The notes under the pieces were generated by a model, which was not told the DNA's origin, did not search any database, and saw only the letters and a list, made by a program, of their open reading frames with translations. Both the position numbers and the translations under genes were made by a program. 64,000 bases of DNA from Octopus vulgaris (lineage: Eukaryota), in NCBI GenBank assembly GCA_951406725.2, contig OX597828.1, forward strand, positions 66,526,001 through 66,590,000, read 5' to 3'. Position 1 is the stretch's first letter. Each line of letters begins with the position of its first letter. Positions 1-12,686 of the stretch are shown in pieces.

Positions 1-720
1 CTAGGTTTTATTTCAAACATTTTCAATCATAAATTGAAGTATAGCAATCATCAACATCTGTTTATTAATTATTTATGTATGATAGAGTAATCATGTATAA
101 TGAGATATACAGCACCTGCTTATTAGCTGTTTATGTACGGTAGAATAGCATAACTGCTCTGACATAATTGAGTTACTATTGATTTTATGTATTATTTCAT
201 ATTTCATGCTCATTTGCTTGAAAATAATCCAATATTTTGTTATTAATGAAATAACAGCTTTATTTATTATTTTATAAATTATTATATGTGTGAGAGGTGG
301 AGTTGTCATCAAATTCATTTTTTATGGGTCGATAACCAGTTTGCAGAATAATTTAAAATTTCTATACATGCTTGAGTGTGTCTTCTGATTTTGATTGTTT
401 TGTTATGCTGATATAGAAAAACATACCAAATCCATAATCCTTAATCAAATTCTCTATTTTGGGGATCCAATTGTTAACATCCATTGATTTTTCCATATTG
501 GTATTACATTTTGAAGAGTTTCTCCTCAAATCCAACAATGGTCTCTACATTTAAAGAACCCTTACCTCAATGTCCTTTTTTGCGTTTTGTTTTTCTTGCT
601 CTCGATTTTAAATAATTCTATATATGTCATCTTTAAATTCATAAAATTGTATTTAATGTGCAAAAAGAAAAACCAGAAATTACATTTTTCTTCACTTATT
701 AATTACATTTATATTTTTTA
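1..720 (-). mobile_element. Possible highly decayed Penelope-like RT remnant
   Basis: Minus-strand translation near 320-350 gives CKLVIDP*KNEF, similar to the CRLINPxKxE motif of Penelope-like RTs. The rest is fragmented, so the call is weak. Confidence 0.25.
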
Positions 721-1114
721 TTACATTTTATAGATCAGATATATCTATGTATATGGATATTAAAAAAAATTAATTTCTAATCCCCTGCTAGTTAGCCTAT
801 GAGCTTACTGGATTTTATTTGATTTGGAAATACATGTTGTATGTTTGCAAGCATAATGAATATAGGCATTGATTTTCCAATTTTCCATAATCTTAATTTG
901 GTGCATATATTTCTCTTAGCTTTTTAACTAATTATTTTTGAGAACACCATTTAATGTTTTATATCATAAACTAATCACCTGCTTTGTTAAAAAAAAAGTA
1001 CGTCTTTGATTAATGTGTGTGTGTGGGGGGGATTTAATATTGATTGAAGTTGGACTTCAAATTTATACACACACAAACATACCTTCCTATATAGATTATA
1101 TGTATATCAAGTAT

Positions 1115-1135
1115 TTGTGTGTAGGTATGTATATA

Positions 1136-1170
<35 letters not shown>

Positions 1171-1193
1171 GTGTGTGTGTATGTATATATATA

Positions 1194-1226
<33 letters not shown>

Positions 1227-1283
1227 GTGTGTGTGTATATATATGTGTGTGTGTATATATATATGTGTGTGTGTATATATATA

Positions 1284-1325
<42 letters not shown>
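1115..1325. repeat. Compound (TG)n/(TA)n microsatellite
   Basis: Directly visible alternating TG/TA runs; source of the spurious CVCV/YIYI ORFs. Confidence 0.95.
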
Positions 1326-1328
<3 letters not shown>

Positions 1329-1542
1329 GGGGTGTTGAAAACTTCCTGGCTTTGGCTAAAAGAAAATAGAGGAGGATCAGTTAATTATGACTTTTATTCA
1401 ACATATTCTCCTCTCAGATTCACACACTTATTGCCATGGTCCTTCAGTTTTTGTAAACCCTGTAAAAGAACTCGGAATGTTGGGCCTCCAACCAGGCCTT
1501 ACACGATACCCTTAAAGTCAGGAACTTTTCAGTACCCCCTTG
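1326..1542. mobile_element. Mariner-type MITE
   Basis: Imperfect TIRs GAGGGGGTGTTGAAAACTTCCTGGCTTT / AAAGTCAGGAACTTTTCAGTACCCCCTTG, TA on both flanks, no ORF. Confidence 0.75.
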
Positions 1543-2450
1543 TATGTGTATGAGCGTGCCAGCCCAGTCAAACCATCCAACCCATGCCAGCAAGGACAAC
1601 GGACGTTAAATTATGATGATGATGATGGTAATGAGGATACATATCTCAAAGAGCTGTCACTAATCCATGGCACTGTGACCCAGGTCTTCCAACTTCGTTT
1701 TAACCAGACAGCTATACTTGTAGCATTAAAGACAATGTGTGTGTGTGTATATATGTGTGTATATATATTTAGACATCATGTGATGGTTGTAAATGAGTGT
1801 CATAGTCATACTGGTTATGTTGTCCATTTCCAGTCTTCTGTTGAAAAGATGTCTAGGTATGGAGGGAAATATTACTTCGCTTGGAAACAGGTCAGGGTTG
1901 GTGGCAGATGGGGTATCTGTCCTTAGAAAATCTAATCTGTCTTAGCAAATTCCATCTGACTTATGGAAGCATGGAAAAGGAGATGTTAAATGATGATATG
2001 TATGTATACATGTGTATGTGTGTATATGTATATATTGATGCACATACACACACACACACACCTATATACAGACATAGCCACACAATATACATGTGCCATA
2101 TCTATATACACATTCATAGATATATGCATATATACAAGTGATAAATAAGAAATAACAATTCTACTAAAATCGCTACCAATATCTGAGAATGGTAATGAAA
2201 TATATATTAATAATAATATTAATTAATTAGAAAAGAAAATTAATAATAATAATGATGATTTCTAAACAGCATAATAAAACTTAACATTATTTATGAAGTT
2301 TAATTTTCTATTCTTGATAAGATTATGAGTAACACTAATAATTTTTAATATTAAATAATAACAATATTAATACTAATATGACAAAAAGATAATAGTGGAA
2401 TAAATGTTTACACTTGTATGTGTGTGTATGCATATATGCTTGTGTATATA

Positions 2451-2494
<44 letters not shown>

Positions 2495-2567
2495 AGCAAA
2501 TGCAATCAGCTATCTTTAATAATATTCTTTACTTCCTGAACTAACAATTATGGATTTAAATGTGTAA

Positions 2568-2602
<35 letters not shown>

Positions 2603-2890
2603 TATATGTGTGTGTGTATTTTCATTCATTCAGTGTCCATTTTTCCGTGATAGCATTGCTTGTATAGGAATTCATTTTAAGGCAGAACCTTATAACTGGC
2701 TGCTTTGCCCTGTTGCAATCACTCACCTCTTTCCAAATGGGGTTTTTTTTTTTTGTGTTCCATGGGTCGTTCACAATGCACAGTGACTGGTCACAATCTG
2801 AACAAGGAATGTCAAAATCACTATCACTATATTCAACACCATGATAAAAGATATACCAAAGTTCAATCATATTTGCAAGCACGTCTTCAT

Positions 2891-2891
<1 letters not shown>

Positions 2892-2969
<78 letters not shown>
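2892..2969. repeat. Perfect (CA)n microsatellite
   Basis: Uninterrupted CA run. Confidence 0.97.
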
Positions 2970-2972
<3 letters not shown>

Positions 2973-3226
2973 AGAGGCTTGTTTCAGTTTCTGTCTACTA
3001 AACCCATACACACAAGCTTAAGTTGGTACTGAGTATTAATAGAGAATACCCAATAAACTTACACAGTCGTGCCTGAAAAATTAAATTTGGATGGCCAAGG
3101 GTGGAATGCTTTTGATTAAATCTTCTGGCACACCAACAATTAAACATTACATCATTACACAACTTATGAAACAATATTGAATAGTAATGCATATTTAGCC
3201 TTGGAATAGAAATATGAGTATAGGCT

Positions 3227-3277
<51 letters not shown>

Positions 3278-3378
3278 GTGTGTATGTATGTGTGTGTGTA
3301 TTTATGTGTGTGTGTATGTGTGTGTGTATTTATATGTGTGTGTGTGTGTGTGTGTGTATATTTATATATGTGTGTGTG

Positions 3379-3419
<41 letters not shown>
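3227..3419. repeat. Compound (TG)n/(TA)n microsatellite
   Basis: Directly visible. Confidence 0.95.
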
Positions 3420-3422
<3 letters not shown>

Positions 3423-4279
3423 GCACTGTGTCTTAGTATATCATCATCATTGTTGTTGCTTTAACATCCACTTTTCCATGCTTACATTAGTCAAACACCA
3501 TTTATTGAGGCAAATTTTTTACAAGCAGATGCCCTTCTTGTTGCCAACCCTTGCCCATTTCTAAATAAGGTATTTCCTCATTACTAAACATTGTTTTCAT
3601 GGAAGAATGGAGATGGACACCATGATGGTGATGACTTTTGTGGTGTGTGAATAGAGACTTCACTCACACACACACACACACACACACAAAGTGGTTAGCC
3701 TTAGGAAGGGCATCCAGCTATATGCCACTGCAATAATTGAAGCATGATGCAGTCTTTGGATTTACCAGATCCTATCAAACTATCCAACCCTTTCCAGCTC
3801 TCTTTCTTTCTCTCTCTCTCTCTCTCTCTCTCTAATATACACAAGCACACAGCACATGTACTGTGTGATAAGGCTTCAACTATAATAAAACCACAAGTCT
3901 TGTGAAATACAGCTACCTAGGGTTTCCTAGTTGAAATATTAATTTATTTTGCTATTTTTCAAGCTGATAAAAACAAGACAGTTCGTCAGCTACATTCGAA
4001 GCAGTTGACATTTGAATAGGTACACTCATAGAAAAAGATAAATAGAAAAAATAGAGAGAAAAACACATGGGAAATAACCAACATTACAGCAAACATTACA
4101 CACATCAAATTACATAAACAGACTGGAATGATGGTTTCTGCTTGATGAATTTTTTTAAATGTGGACATAAATAAAAATCTCATTCTTGGGATTTACAAAA
4201 TGGTGGTGCCCCAGCATGGCCACAGCTCGTGAGCTGAAACTAGATAAAATAAATAAAAAAAATTAATAAGCCATTGGAT

Positions 4280-4975
4280 GCTCTTAAGTCCTTTAAAAGA
4301 TGCAGTTTTTCAAGGGAACATATTGAACATTTTTTCTGATCCATTGATATAGGGTTTGATTTTGGAGAACATTTTCCATCTGATGTAGTTAATGATTTTG
4401 TTTTTAAGTTTCCATACTAATGCCAAGAGGGTTGTTGTATGTCTCTTCTCGTGGTGCCTAAAAGCCAAAAGATGGTTGCTGTATCTGGATTAAAAGTTTT
4501 CTTCTGCTGATCCAATGTAACGCTTGGTCTCTGTTCAACCATTGGCATTTCATAAACAACAGCAGATATATTGCAATCCTGCCTAGAAGACATTTAGATT
4601 TACCTCTGCACGTGCAGCCAGGATAGATTTGAGTCATTGGTTGTTTATTGATACAGGCCTTTCCATTAGGAGGCCAAGAAAATGTAATTTTAATAGTGTG
4701 CCTATTAAATTTCTTTCTGTATCTATAGCTGCTAGGGGTGGGAATATGTAATAAGTGTAAGAATCTTCTACCTATATTTGTCTGAATAGTTAGGAGGAAA
4801 GGCAATATGAACCATAAAATTTTACACAACCTATTTTTACAACCAGATAGTTAAGGAGTTGGAGGGTCATAAAATATTTTATCAGTAAAGCCACTATCTT
4901 TTAGAGCCTTATTTTAATATGGGAAGCGTTTTCAAATATTTTTTAGATGAAGAAATATTTGAAAAACTTGATTCC
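4280..4975 (-). mobile_element. Penelope-like element remnant (RT C-terminus plus GIY-YIG endonuclease)
   Basis: Minus frames give ILWF..PF...QTNIGRRFLHLL, KFNRHTIKITFS and CTCRGKSKC, then after a frameshift YIGSAEENF*SRYSNHLLAFRH..TTL..VWKLK..I.WK...CSICSLEK. This matches the PLE RT-linker-GIY-YIG order. Confidence 0.75.
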
Positions 4976-6509
4976 TAACCATATGGTCTAGCACCTTGAG
5001 CAAGTGTCTTCTACTATAGCCTCAGGCCAACCAAAGTCTTGTGAGTGAATTTGGTTGAAGGAAATTGTGTGTGTGTATGCACACAGTTTGATATTATATA
5101 CACAGTCATCCATTTTGAAAGCTAACTAGAGGGAATATGACATCAAACTATATGACTTGGGTGGTGGGATGAAGATCATGGTAAATGTAAGGAGGGTGAC
5201 ACTTTTAAGAATGTGGGATGTCAATAGGAATTTGCTTGGGGGGGGGAGAAAAAGAATGTTTGTAAAACCTTTGAACAAATGTGTTGTCTATGAATATATA
5301 AATATATATTAAATGCATGTGTGTGTCTACTTCCTTGTCTTGACACTGTACATTAATTATCACTGCATACAGGCTGTGTCATTTCTGGACAACCTTCCAT
5401 GAAAACATGTCCACACTTGGGAAAACATTACCTTGCTTAGAAACAGACATGGGTTGGTAACAAGAAGAGCATCCATCTTGTAGAAAATGTTTTTCGAGTA
5501 ATTTTCATCTGACCCATGCAAGTATGGAATGGTAGGCATTCAAATGATGATGATGATATTGGTGAATACACTTTTTTTACAAATATCTTCATCAACAAAT
5601 GAGAAATTATTCATTGCACTATGACTAACACAATATAATAGTAATTCTGTAGAATTGTTTGGGCCTTCGTAGTTCCACTGTCCATCATAGTCTGGATGGT
5701 ATGCAGTATGAACAGCAGAGCAGTGGACCAACTGTCCTGTAAAATCCATTAAAGTTACTGTTTTGGGTTTTTTAAATTTATATTTGCAGTGCTTGGGTTG
5801 GGGATGGCGGTGAAGAATATAGTGGAGGGGTGGATGATCATTGTAGTGGTAAGCGGGGAGAGAGACATTCATTAAAATGTTCACTTGGTCTCATTTGACC
5901 TTGGTTGTTAACTGGTTAGGAATTAATACTAAAATGGACTTTTTTGAATCCCTTTGTAATACATTGTATTTTGTATTTACATATTATAGATGATGTCTGA
6001 CTTGAACGAAACCAAACTTATTGCTTTACTTGCAGTTTAATGAAATATATCTCCTCTAGAATAGTTATGGCCACTTTTTATACCAGGAGTATCAAATTTG
6101 ACATAGCAGGATGGATTGAAGCATAAACTAAATGTCATGGGTCAGATAGGGGTAGTTACTAGTATTACTAAAATCCTTATTCATGATGTAGGCCAAAATA
6201 AATGGATAAAAGGGTCAATATTATAAACTTTATTAATAAAGGAAACAAATGAGGTCTAGCTAAATATGTGTACATATATATGCAATTATATATATACACA
6301 TATGCAGATACATATATACACACACGCATGGGTGTTCATACTTATATATATTATTATTATTATTTTTTTTTTTGGTTTGAAAGCCACAAAGCTGGATCCT
6401 GTTTGAAGGTTTAATGTGATCACTGCATACTTAATTCACTTGTTTCCAGGGGACCTTCTAGTAGCTTTGTATGTATTCTGCTCATGGTTAGCTTCCTATT
6501 TTTATATTT

Positions 6510-6611
6510 ATATATATATATATGATGATGATATGAGTGTATATACGTGTGTGTATGTATATACATATGAATATGAGTGTATGCATGTGTATATATATGT
6601 GTATGTGTGTG

Positions 6612-6662
<51 letters not shown>

Positions 6663-6685
6663 ATATATGAATATATGTGTATATG

Positions 6686-6740
<55 letters not shown>

Positions 6741-6795
6741 TCACACATTCATAGATATATGTATAATATACATTCATATATATTTATATATAAAT
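6510..6795. repeat. Compound (TA)n/(TG)n microsatellite
   Basis: Directly visible. Confidence 0.95.
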
Positions 6796-7489
6796 ATAAT
6801 ATCTGCTGGTCATTATATTGTTACCATTTGTTGTCTCATTCCTGATTAAAGCATGCAGTTTTAACTTCAGCCACTCAGAAATTTAGCCTGCGGTGAGGGC
6901 AGCAGGAAACTGACCATGAAGCTTTTTTATCTATTTATTTATATATTTTATTTATTCCACTAACATTTATTTAACTCTTTTCATATATTGACAATGCTTA
7001 TCTCTCTTTTTCTCTCTCTCTCTCTCTCTTTCTGTCTCCCCTCCCCCCACTCTCTCTATGATAGTTGTATCATCTGGTTATTGCAACAGTGTGAAAGAAA
7101 GTAAGATCAGTTGTGACTGAGTGATATCATTGTTGGGAATGTCCGTTTGGCTACAAATTTGTTCTAAGTTCATAATAGCAATTTCTCAGACAAAAATATG
7201 TATATATTTGTCCTTTTAATTGGTTCCTGCAAGAATTTCAGACTAGTGCAGTGACTGATGTTTCATCTCTACATTTTGAAATCTCAATGTCTGTAGTTGT
7301 AACCTTGTCATAAATACTCATATGTACCCAGAGATCCTTAACTTCAGAAAAGATTGGTTTTTGTTATACAACTTATCCATATCTTCCAGATGTCTGTCTT
7401 AGTCACATATTTGTAGAAAGGTTCCAAACTGTTCACTAAACTTTATATAGTGCTAGTGCATGCATATACAGCTGCATGCATGCGCACAT

Positions 7490-7788
7490 ACACGCGAGTA
7501 CTGTCCAAATCTCTGACCAATCACATACAGCTAGCTGGCATTCAATTGGTGTATCAAGTTTCACGCTTTTTGATTGGGTTTTGGATAGAAAATTCACAAA
7601 AAAATAACTTCTATTGATTTTTTAATGGCTTTGCGGGGTGACTGGGGAAATGTAAAGATGTGCACGACCACCCTTGGACGGTTTTGAATGACCATAGAAA
7701 GTGCGAACCCTCTAACTGAAAAATTGTGGATTTGTATAAAGGACACACACACACACGCAGACATTTCGCTGTTTATATATGTAGAGAT
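7490..7788 (+). mobile_element. Possible non-autonomous Helentron/HINE-like element 3' part
   Basis: CpG-richer segment ending in a (CA)n stretch and TTTATATATGTAGAGAT, a terminus typical of DINE/HINE-like elements. Confidence 0.4.
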
Positions 7789-8111
7789 TACATTGACAGC
7801 AGGTATTTTGAATTTGCTAATACACTTGAAATAGTATGGCTATTCATTACACAATGATAGTGGTGGCAGTGGAAGCAGCGGTGGTTTTCTCTGATTACAG
7901 ATAGTGTATAAACTCTGATAGTATAAGTTTTGTGTGTTCAAATTTATGTTGTAATATTCTGCACTCCTTGTACCATCACCCTCAGTATGTATGGCATTGA
8001 TTTACAGGTGTATAAATGATGGGTTTTAAGTCAAGCAATCTTGATTTATTGGAAATTCATGCAGAGGATTGTGTGTCTCTTTCTTCTTTCTCATACACAC
8101 ACACACATATG

Positions 8112-8455
8112 TGAAGGTGCAAGGCTCAGTGGTTAGAGTGTTAGGCTCACAGTCATGAGGTAGTGAATTGGATTCCCAGACTGGGTTGCGTGTTGTGTTC
8201 TTGAGCAAGACATTTTATTTCACATTGCTCCAGTTCACTCAGCTGTAGAAATGAGTTGCAACATCATCACTGGTGCCAAACTGCATCGGCCCCTTTGCCT
8301 TTCCCTTGGATAACACTGGTGGCGTGGAGAGGGGAGGCCGGTATACATGGGCGACTACTGGTCTTCCATAAACAACCTTGCCTGGAATTGTGCTTCAGAG
8401 GGTAACTTTCTAGGTGCAATCCCATGGTCATTCATAACCGAAGGGGATCTTTACC
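8112..8455 (+). mobile_element. tRNA-derived SINE
   Basis: A-box-like GGCTCAGTGG and B-box-like GAATTGGATTCC, followed by a SINE central domain (TTCTTGAGCAAGACA...CAGCTGTAGAAATGAGT). Confidence 0.8.
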
Positions 8456-8797
8456 ATATACCCATTATACATATATCATCATCATTTAACATACATTTTC
8501 CCTGCTAGCATGGTTTCTATGGCTGGATGCCCTTCTTAATGTCAACCACTTTACGGAGTGCACTGGGTGCCTTTACGTGGCACCAACACCCATGAGGTGC
8601 AAGATTAGGAACACTCAGCTAAAGAGGCATGTAGGGGACATGCATGTATGCAAGAACAACCATGATTTTTACATGTCTCCTCAAATCCAGCAAACCACCA
8701 AGAGTTTTGGTCCCCTGTCATCCCTCTGTGGGGTCCATTATCTGGAGATATTCTCTCATCACTTCATCCCACATCATATATAATGATGATGATGATA

Positions 8798-8830
<33 letters not shown>

Positions 8831-9250
8831 CGCACGCACATAAACACACACACATGGTACATGGAAACTGAAAGAAGCCCATTGTGTGTGTATGTGTATT
8901 ATTGTTTCCTTGTGATAGTTGTAAATGAATATCATCATAATGCAAGTGGTGCTCTTTATTTTTCAATCTTCCATTAAAAATTGTTGTCATGAGGAAAATG
9001 ATGTTGATCTTCTAGGATTTCTCCACTCATCATCAATGTAAGAAGCACCATTGGCTCAGTTGACCTCTTCTGTTACCTCCTGCTGCAGTCCCATGACTTC
9101 ACCATATCCCTGGCAGGGTAGCTGAACAGGTGCTAATCTTTGCCAAGGGGCAACCAGTAACTCTTCTGGGGCACGGTCGTCATTCTGTGAAGTATTCAAA
9201 ATACCTGCATACCTAAGTCATATCTATCTGCCTATGTGTGTATGTGTAAG

Positions 9251-9291
<41 letters not shown>

Positions 9292-9299
9292 TTATAAAA

Positions 9300-9550
9300 A
9301 TGGTAAGACAACAAAAGAATGAAAGAGACCTCGATATTATGTAAATAGAGGAATTTATCTGTAAATGTAATATGTAACAATTATTTGGTAGCTATGATAA
9401 AACTCTTCAGTTATCCGGCCATCGGAAAAAATGCATTTTTTCCGATGGCCGGATAACTGAAGAGATGGTGGCGTGGATTTCCACCTCGGCATCCGAAACT
9501 CGGAGTTTTATCATGGCTACCAAATAATTGTCACATATTACATTTACAGA
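9300..9550. mobile_element. Foldback (head-to-head) Penelope-type pLTR fragment inserted in (TA)n
   Basis: Perfect 62-bp palindrome 9403-9464 plus outer arms 9358-9405 / 9503-9550; (TA)n on both sides; contains a hammerhead motif. Confidence 0.7.
9452..9512 (+). ncRNA. Minimal type-I hammerhead ribozyme motif
   Basis: Stem I GATAA/TTATC, core CTGAAGA (9457-9463), stem II GATG..CATC with inner GGTGG/CCACC, GAAA (9495-9498), stem III A-CTC/GAG-T, NUH site GTT at 9505-9507. Confidence 0.65.
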
Positions 9551-9924
9551 ATATATATATATATATATTTATTTATTTATATGAAAGCAAATAAATAAAT
9601 AACAAACAATGGATAATTGTCAGTTCATTACAGCTGTTTCTAATGCATTTTTTAATAGATGAGTGATTACATTACATCATAGCAAAAAACTGTTTTCGTC
9701 TGGTGATACATAGAATTTCACACAATAGAAGAATAGTCCATGAACACAGTGGGAACACACCTAGACTCCAGCTCAAGCTGGCCTGGAATGAGAAGATGAA
9801 CATAGGGCTACAATGACCATTAAAAGGGCTAGAGAGACATTAAGAGTTTAGTTAGCGGGTAGAAATAACAGAAGGTTTATAGCACCATGTTATTTATTTA
9901 TCTGCTTATAATACACCAAAAGGT

Positions 9925-10324
9925 TTGACATCTTGGAGTATACCAAACACAGTGTGTGCTTTGGATCAGCTGCTAGGTGTTGAGAGGCAGTTGGATGGAA
10001 CTTACACTAACCTCCTTATGAGAGCTCAAAATCTCTCGTGGAAGTGTCATCCAACCAAAGTACAAATATATGGGAAACTACTTTTTGTGAAAGGTAGAAG
10101 AGTCCAGTTTGCTGGACATTGTTGTAGAGCTGAAAACGAGGTAATTTCTACTCTTCTCCTCTGGAAGCCATCTGCTCGTGATACCAGAGGGCACACACTC
10201 TCCTACCCTGATGTAATCTCCAGGCATCCAGCAACAGGACCTCCGTAATGCTATGATGGACCGTGAAGTCTGGTGTAGCATAGTAAATTCCATTGTCTTG
10301 ACCACGGTCGAATAATGATGATGA
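9925..10324 (+). mobile_element. RTE-like LINE 3' fragment
   Basis: Translation ERQLDGTYTNLLMRAQNLSW...RRVQFAGHCCR...LLLWKP..., then AMMDREVW, is typical of the post-RT LINE C-terminus; ends in an AATGATGATGA tail. Confidence 0.8.
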
Positions 10325-10732
10325 AATACTCATCTGGGTTATATTTTCTGTATACATAACCTGAATATTTCACTGGATGCACTTTAGTATCCAGTGTATT
10401 TATTCGACTAAAGGTGGTGTTTATAAGGTAATTTGACCCAACCTGGTGCCTATCATTTAAGTACAGGATTCTCTCCTGAATCCTTAATATTGTGTTTGTT
10501 TGTGTGTATAGATGAGATCTAGATATTCTCCATATAGAATACTTATAGTGCTCAAGGATTCAAACTTGAGTGGGCATAAAAGCAAATTAGACTGATCAAT
10601 ATATAATGTAAATACATGAAATACAAAATATGTATATATATATATTTATATTTGAGGATAATATCGATATTTAAGTATCAATATTATCAAGTGGCCAGCA
10701 TGGAAAAAATACCGTACAAAGGTAATAATTTT

Positions 10733-10788
10733 TAACAATTAAAAGTGAGGGTGTCTGAGAGACACCCAGACACCCTCATTTTTAATTG

Positions 10789-10791
<3 letters not shown>
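10733..10791. repeat. 25-bp inverted repeat hairpin adjoining (TA)n
   Basis: TAACAATTAAAAGTGAGGGTGTCTG (10733-10757) / CAGACACCCTCATTTTTAATTGTTA (10767-10791), one G-T mismatch. Confidence 0.9.
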
Positions 10792-10823
<32 letters not shown>

Positions 10824-11422
10824 GTCTAATTCTTGCAGAGTACAAATGATATAGAGAATTAAAGGAGTGGAAGAAAGGCACTACAAATGCAACAGAGACA
10901 CTCATACCCACTTCCGTAGTTGGCATGGGATTTATGTTTGGTTCCCTAATGAGTTATCAATTTAGGATTTATTGAAAACACTCAATCAGTCCACTGCACT
11001 AAGTTCTGAGCTGTTGCCATTTTAAATATGGTTAAATTCCTGATATTGTCGTCAGTTCCAATGCATGAACCTAAGTTAGCATCAATCTTAACCAATTTTG
11101 ATGTGGTGAGTCATTCTCGCTTTTCATTCTTGAAGGGTTTTCTGAGGGTTTATTATTTTTTTTTTTTTAAACTTTGCTGTATTCGCTTTAAAACTTTTTA
11201 TTTTGTAGGTTCTGCTATAAACATATTTTTATGGTCATGGTAAATTGAACTTTTATTTATTTATTTTTGTCTATTGTGTAATTGGTATTTAACTTCTTCC
11301 TCTTTGATATCAGACATAACAATTAACTTGTAAATTTTAATTTCATAGGCATCAATCAGTTTGTGTATTGATTTTTCTTTTTACATTAGTTTGTTTTTGT
11401 TTTTTTTTTTCTCTTTCTTTAG

Positions 11423-11530
11423 CCTCGGCCAACCCTAATTGCGGTCCCGGTGGGATGATGGCCCAGCAGCAGAGTATTCCACAGCTTAGTGTCTCACAAC
11501 AGCCTCAGTATTCACAGATTCCAGGTCCAG
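11423..11530 (+). CDS. KHDC4: KHDC4/BLOM7-like, internal exon (first seen in window)
   Basis: Polypyrimidine tract + AG acceptor, GTGAG donor, 108 nt, phase 1-1; encodes SANPNCGPGGMMAQQQSIPQLSVSQQPQYSQIPGP. Confidence 0.75.
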
Positions 11531-11729
11531 GTGAGGCAAAATTCCTTTTTTTTTTTTTACTCATGCAGTTTTTATATTTAATTATGAGGGCTAATAAGGG
11601 TGTTGTATCTCATTAATGAAAGCATACTGGTTTGTAATATTTTAGTTTCACTTAAATGTAATATGGTCTTATTATTGTTCACCACTAGAGCACTAAACTG
11701 TCTGTTTAATGGGATCCAGTTCATTATCC

Positions 11730-11990
11730 TCATCATTTAACATCCATTTTCCATGCTGGCATGGGTTAATTGACTTGACTAGAACTGGCAAGCAGGGGGC
11801 CTGCACTGGGTTCCTTTTCTGATTTGGCCTAGTTTCTATGGCCAGATGCCTTTCCTTACTCCAACCAGTTTACAGAGTGAGCTTGGTGCTTTCTACATGG
11901 CACCAGCACGGTTGCTTTTATGTGGCACCAGCATGGGTGATATGTTGTAGTAATGGTACCGGAGCTTTTTATGTGACACCAGCACTAGTT
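11730..11990 (-). mobile_element. RTE LINE 3'-tail copy
   Basis: Reverse complement of the ..CCCATGCCAGCATGGAAA..GTTAAATGATGA tail, with GGCAC/GTGCC repeat units as at 35003-35427. Confidence 0.75.
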
Positions 11991-12631
11991 TAACTTTACT
12001 ATTTATCTTTTTAGGGTTGAAAAAACTATGTGCTACTAATATATCCAGTTTGATTTAAATGACTATACCTCTCCTGAGCTATATACACTATAGTTCTATA
12101 TACAGAACTGTAGTATGCATAGGTCTATTCATACTATAGGAGTATAGTATGTATCTATAGAACAACAGCTGTGTGGGTTGCAGGGAGTTGTTTACAGCTA
12201 TCAGTTACAGTTAGTGGGTTACTATGACCTGCTTACAGCTAATGGATTACATTGAGTTGTTTGGACAACTTCCTGCATGCAATAATCTTTGCTTAGTTAG
12301 AGTTGGGCCTGGATTAATGAAACTAACTAAAAATCCCAAAGATGATATCTTGTTAACGGTTGTAGAATTTTGGAATACAAATATTCTGTTTGTATTCCAA
12401 GATCCACTAAATATGTTTAGAAAATATCATTTAAAAGACTGGAATTGTTTGTAGTGAGCTGTTGAAGCTGAATAGTTTGGATACTGAGAATGCAGGTTTT
12501 AAACTCAACCAAAGCAATTTCTTCATATTGTCTTTTTACATATTTATATTTTTAAAAATATGTGAATTTTTTGTGTAATGAGATAAAAAAAACCAAGGCT
12601 GTATAGATATTAGAGCATTTATAGACAGAAG

Positions 12632-12686
12632 GTCTTACAGCTGTTTCTAGGATATTAATTAATAATAACATCCCTTCATCGGAGAC
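12632..12686 (-). ncRNA. Minimal type-I hammerhead motif (core U4>C variant)
   Basis: Minus strand: stem I GTCT/AGAC, core CCGATGA, 9-bp stem II GGGATGTTA/TAATATCCT, GAAAC, palindromic stem III ACAGCTGT, GTA site. Confidence 0.6.

Noticed and set aside
1013-6849. Many ORFs rich in [12 protein letters not shown] (also at 23548-24037, 39224-39494, 59622-59976)
   Set aside because: Translations of dinucleotide microsatellites, which lack stop codons by construction.
1-11422. Upstream KH-domain exons of KHDC4
   Set aside because: No exon with KH-like sequence could be identified by eye; they probably lie before the window.
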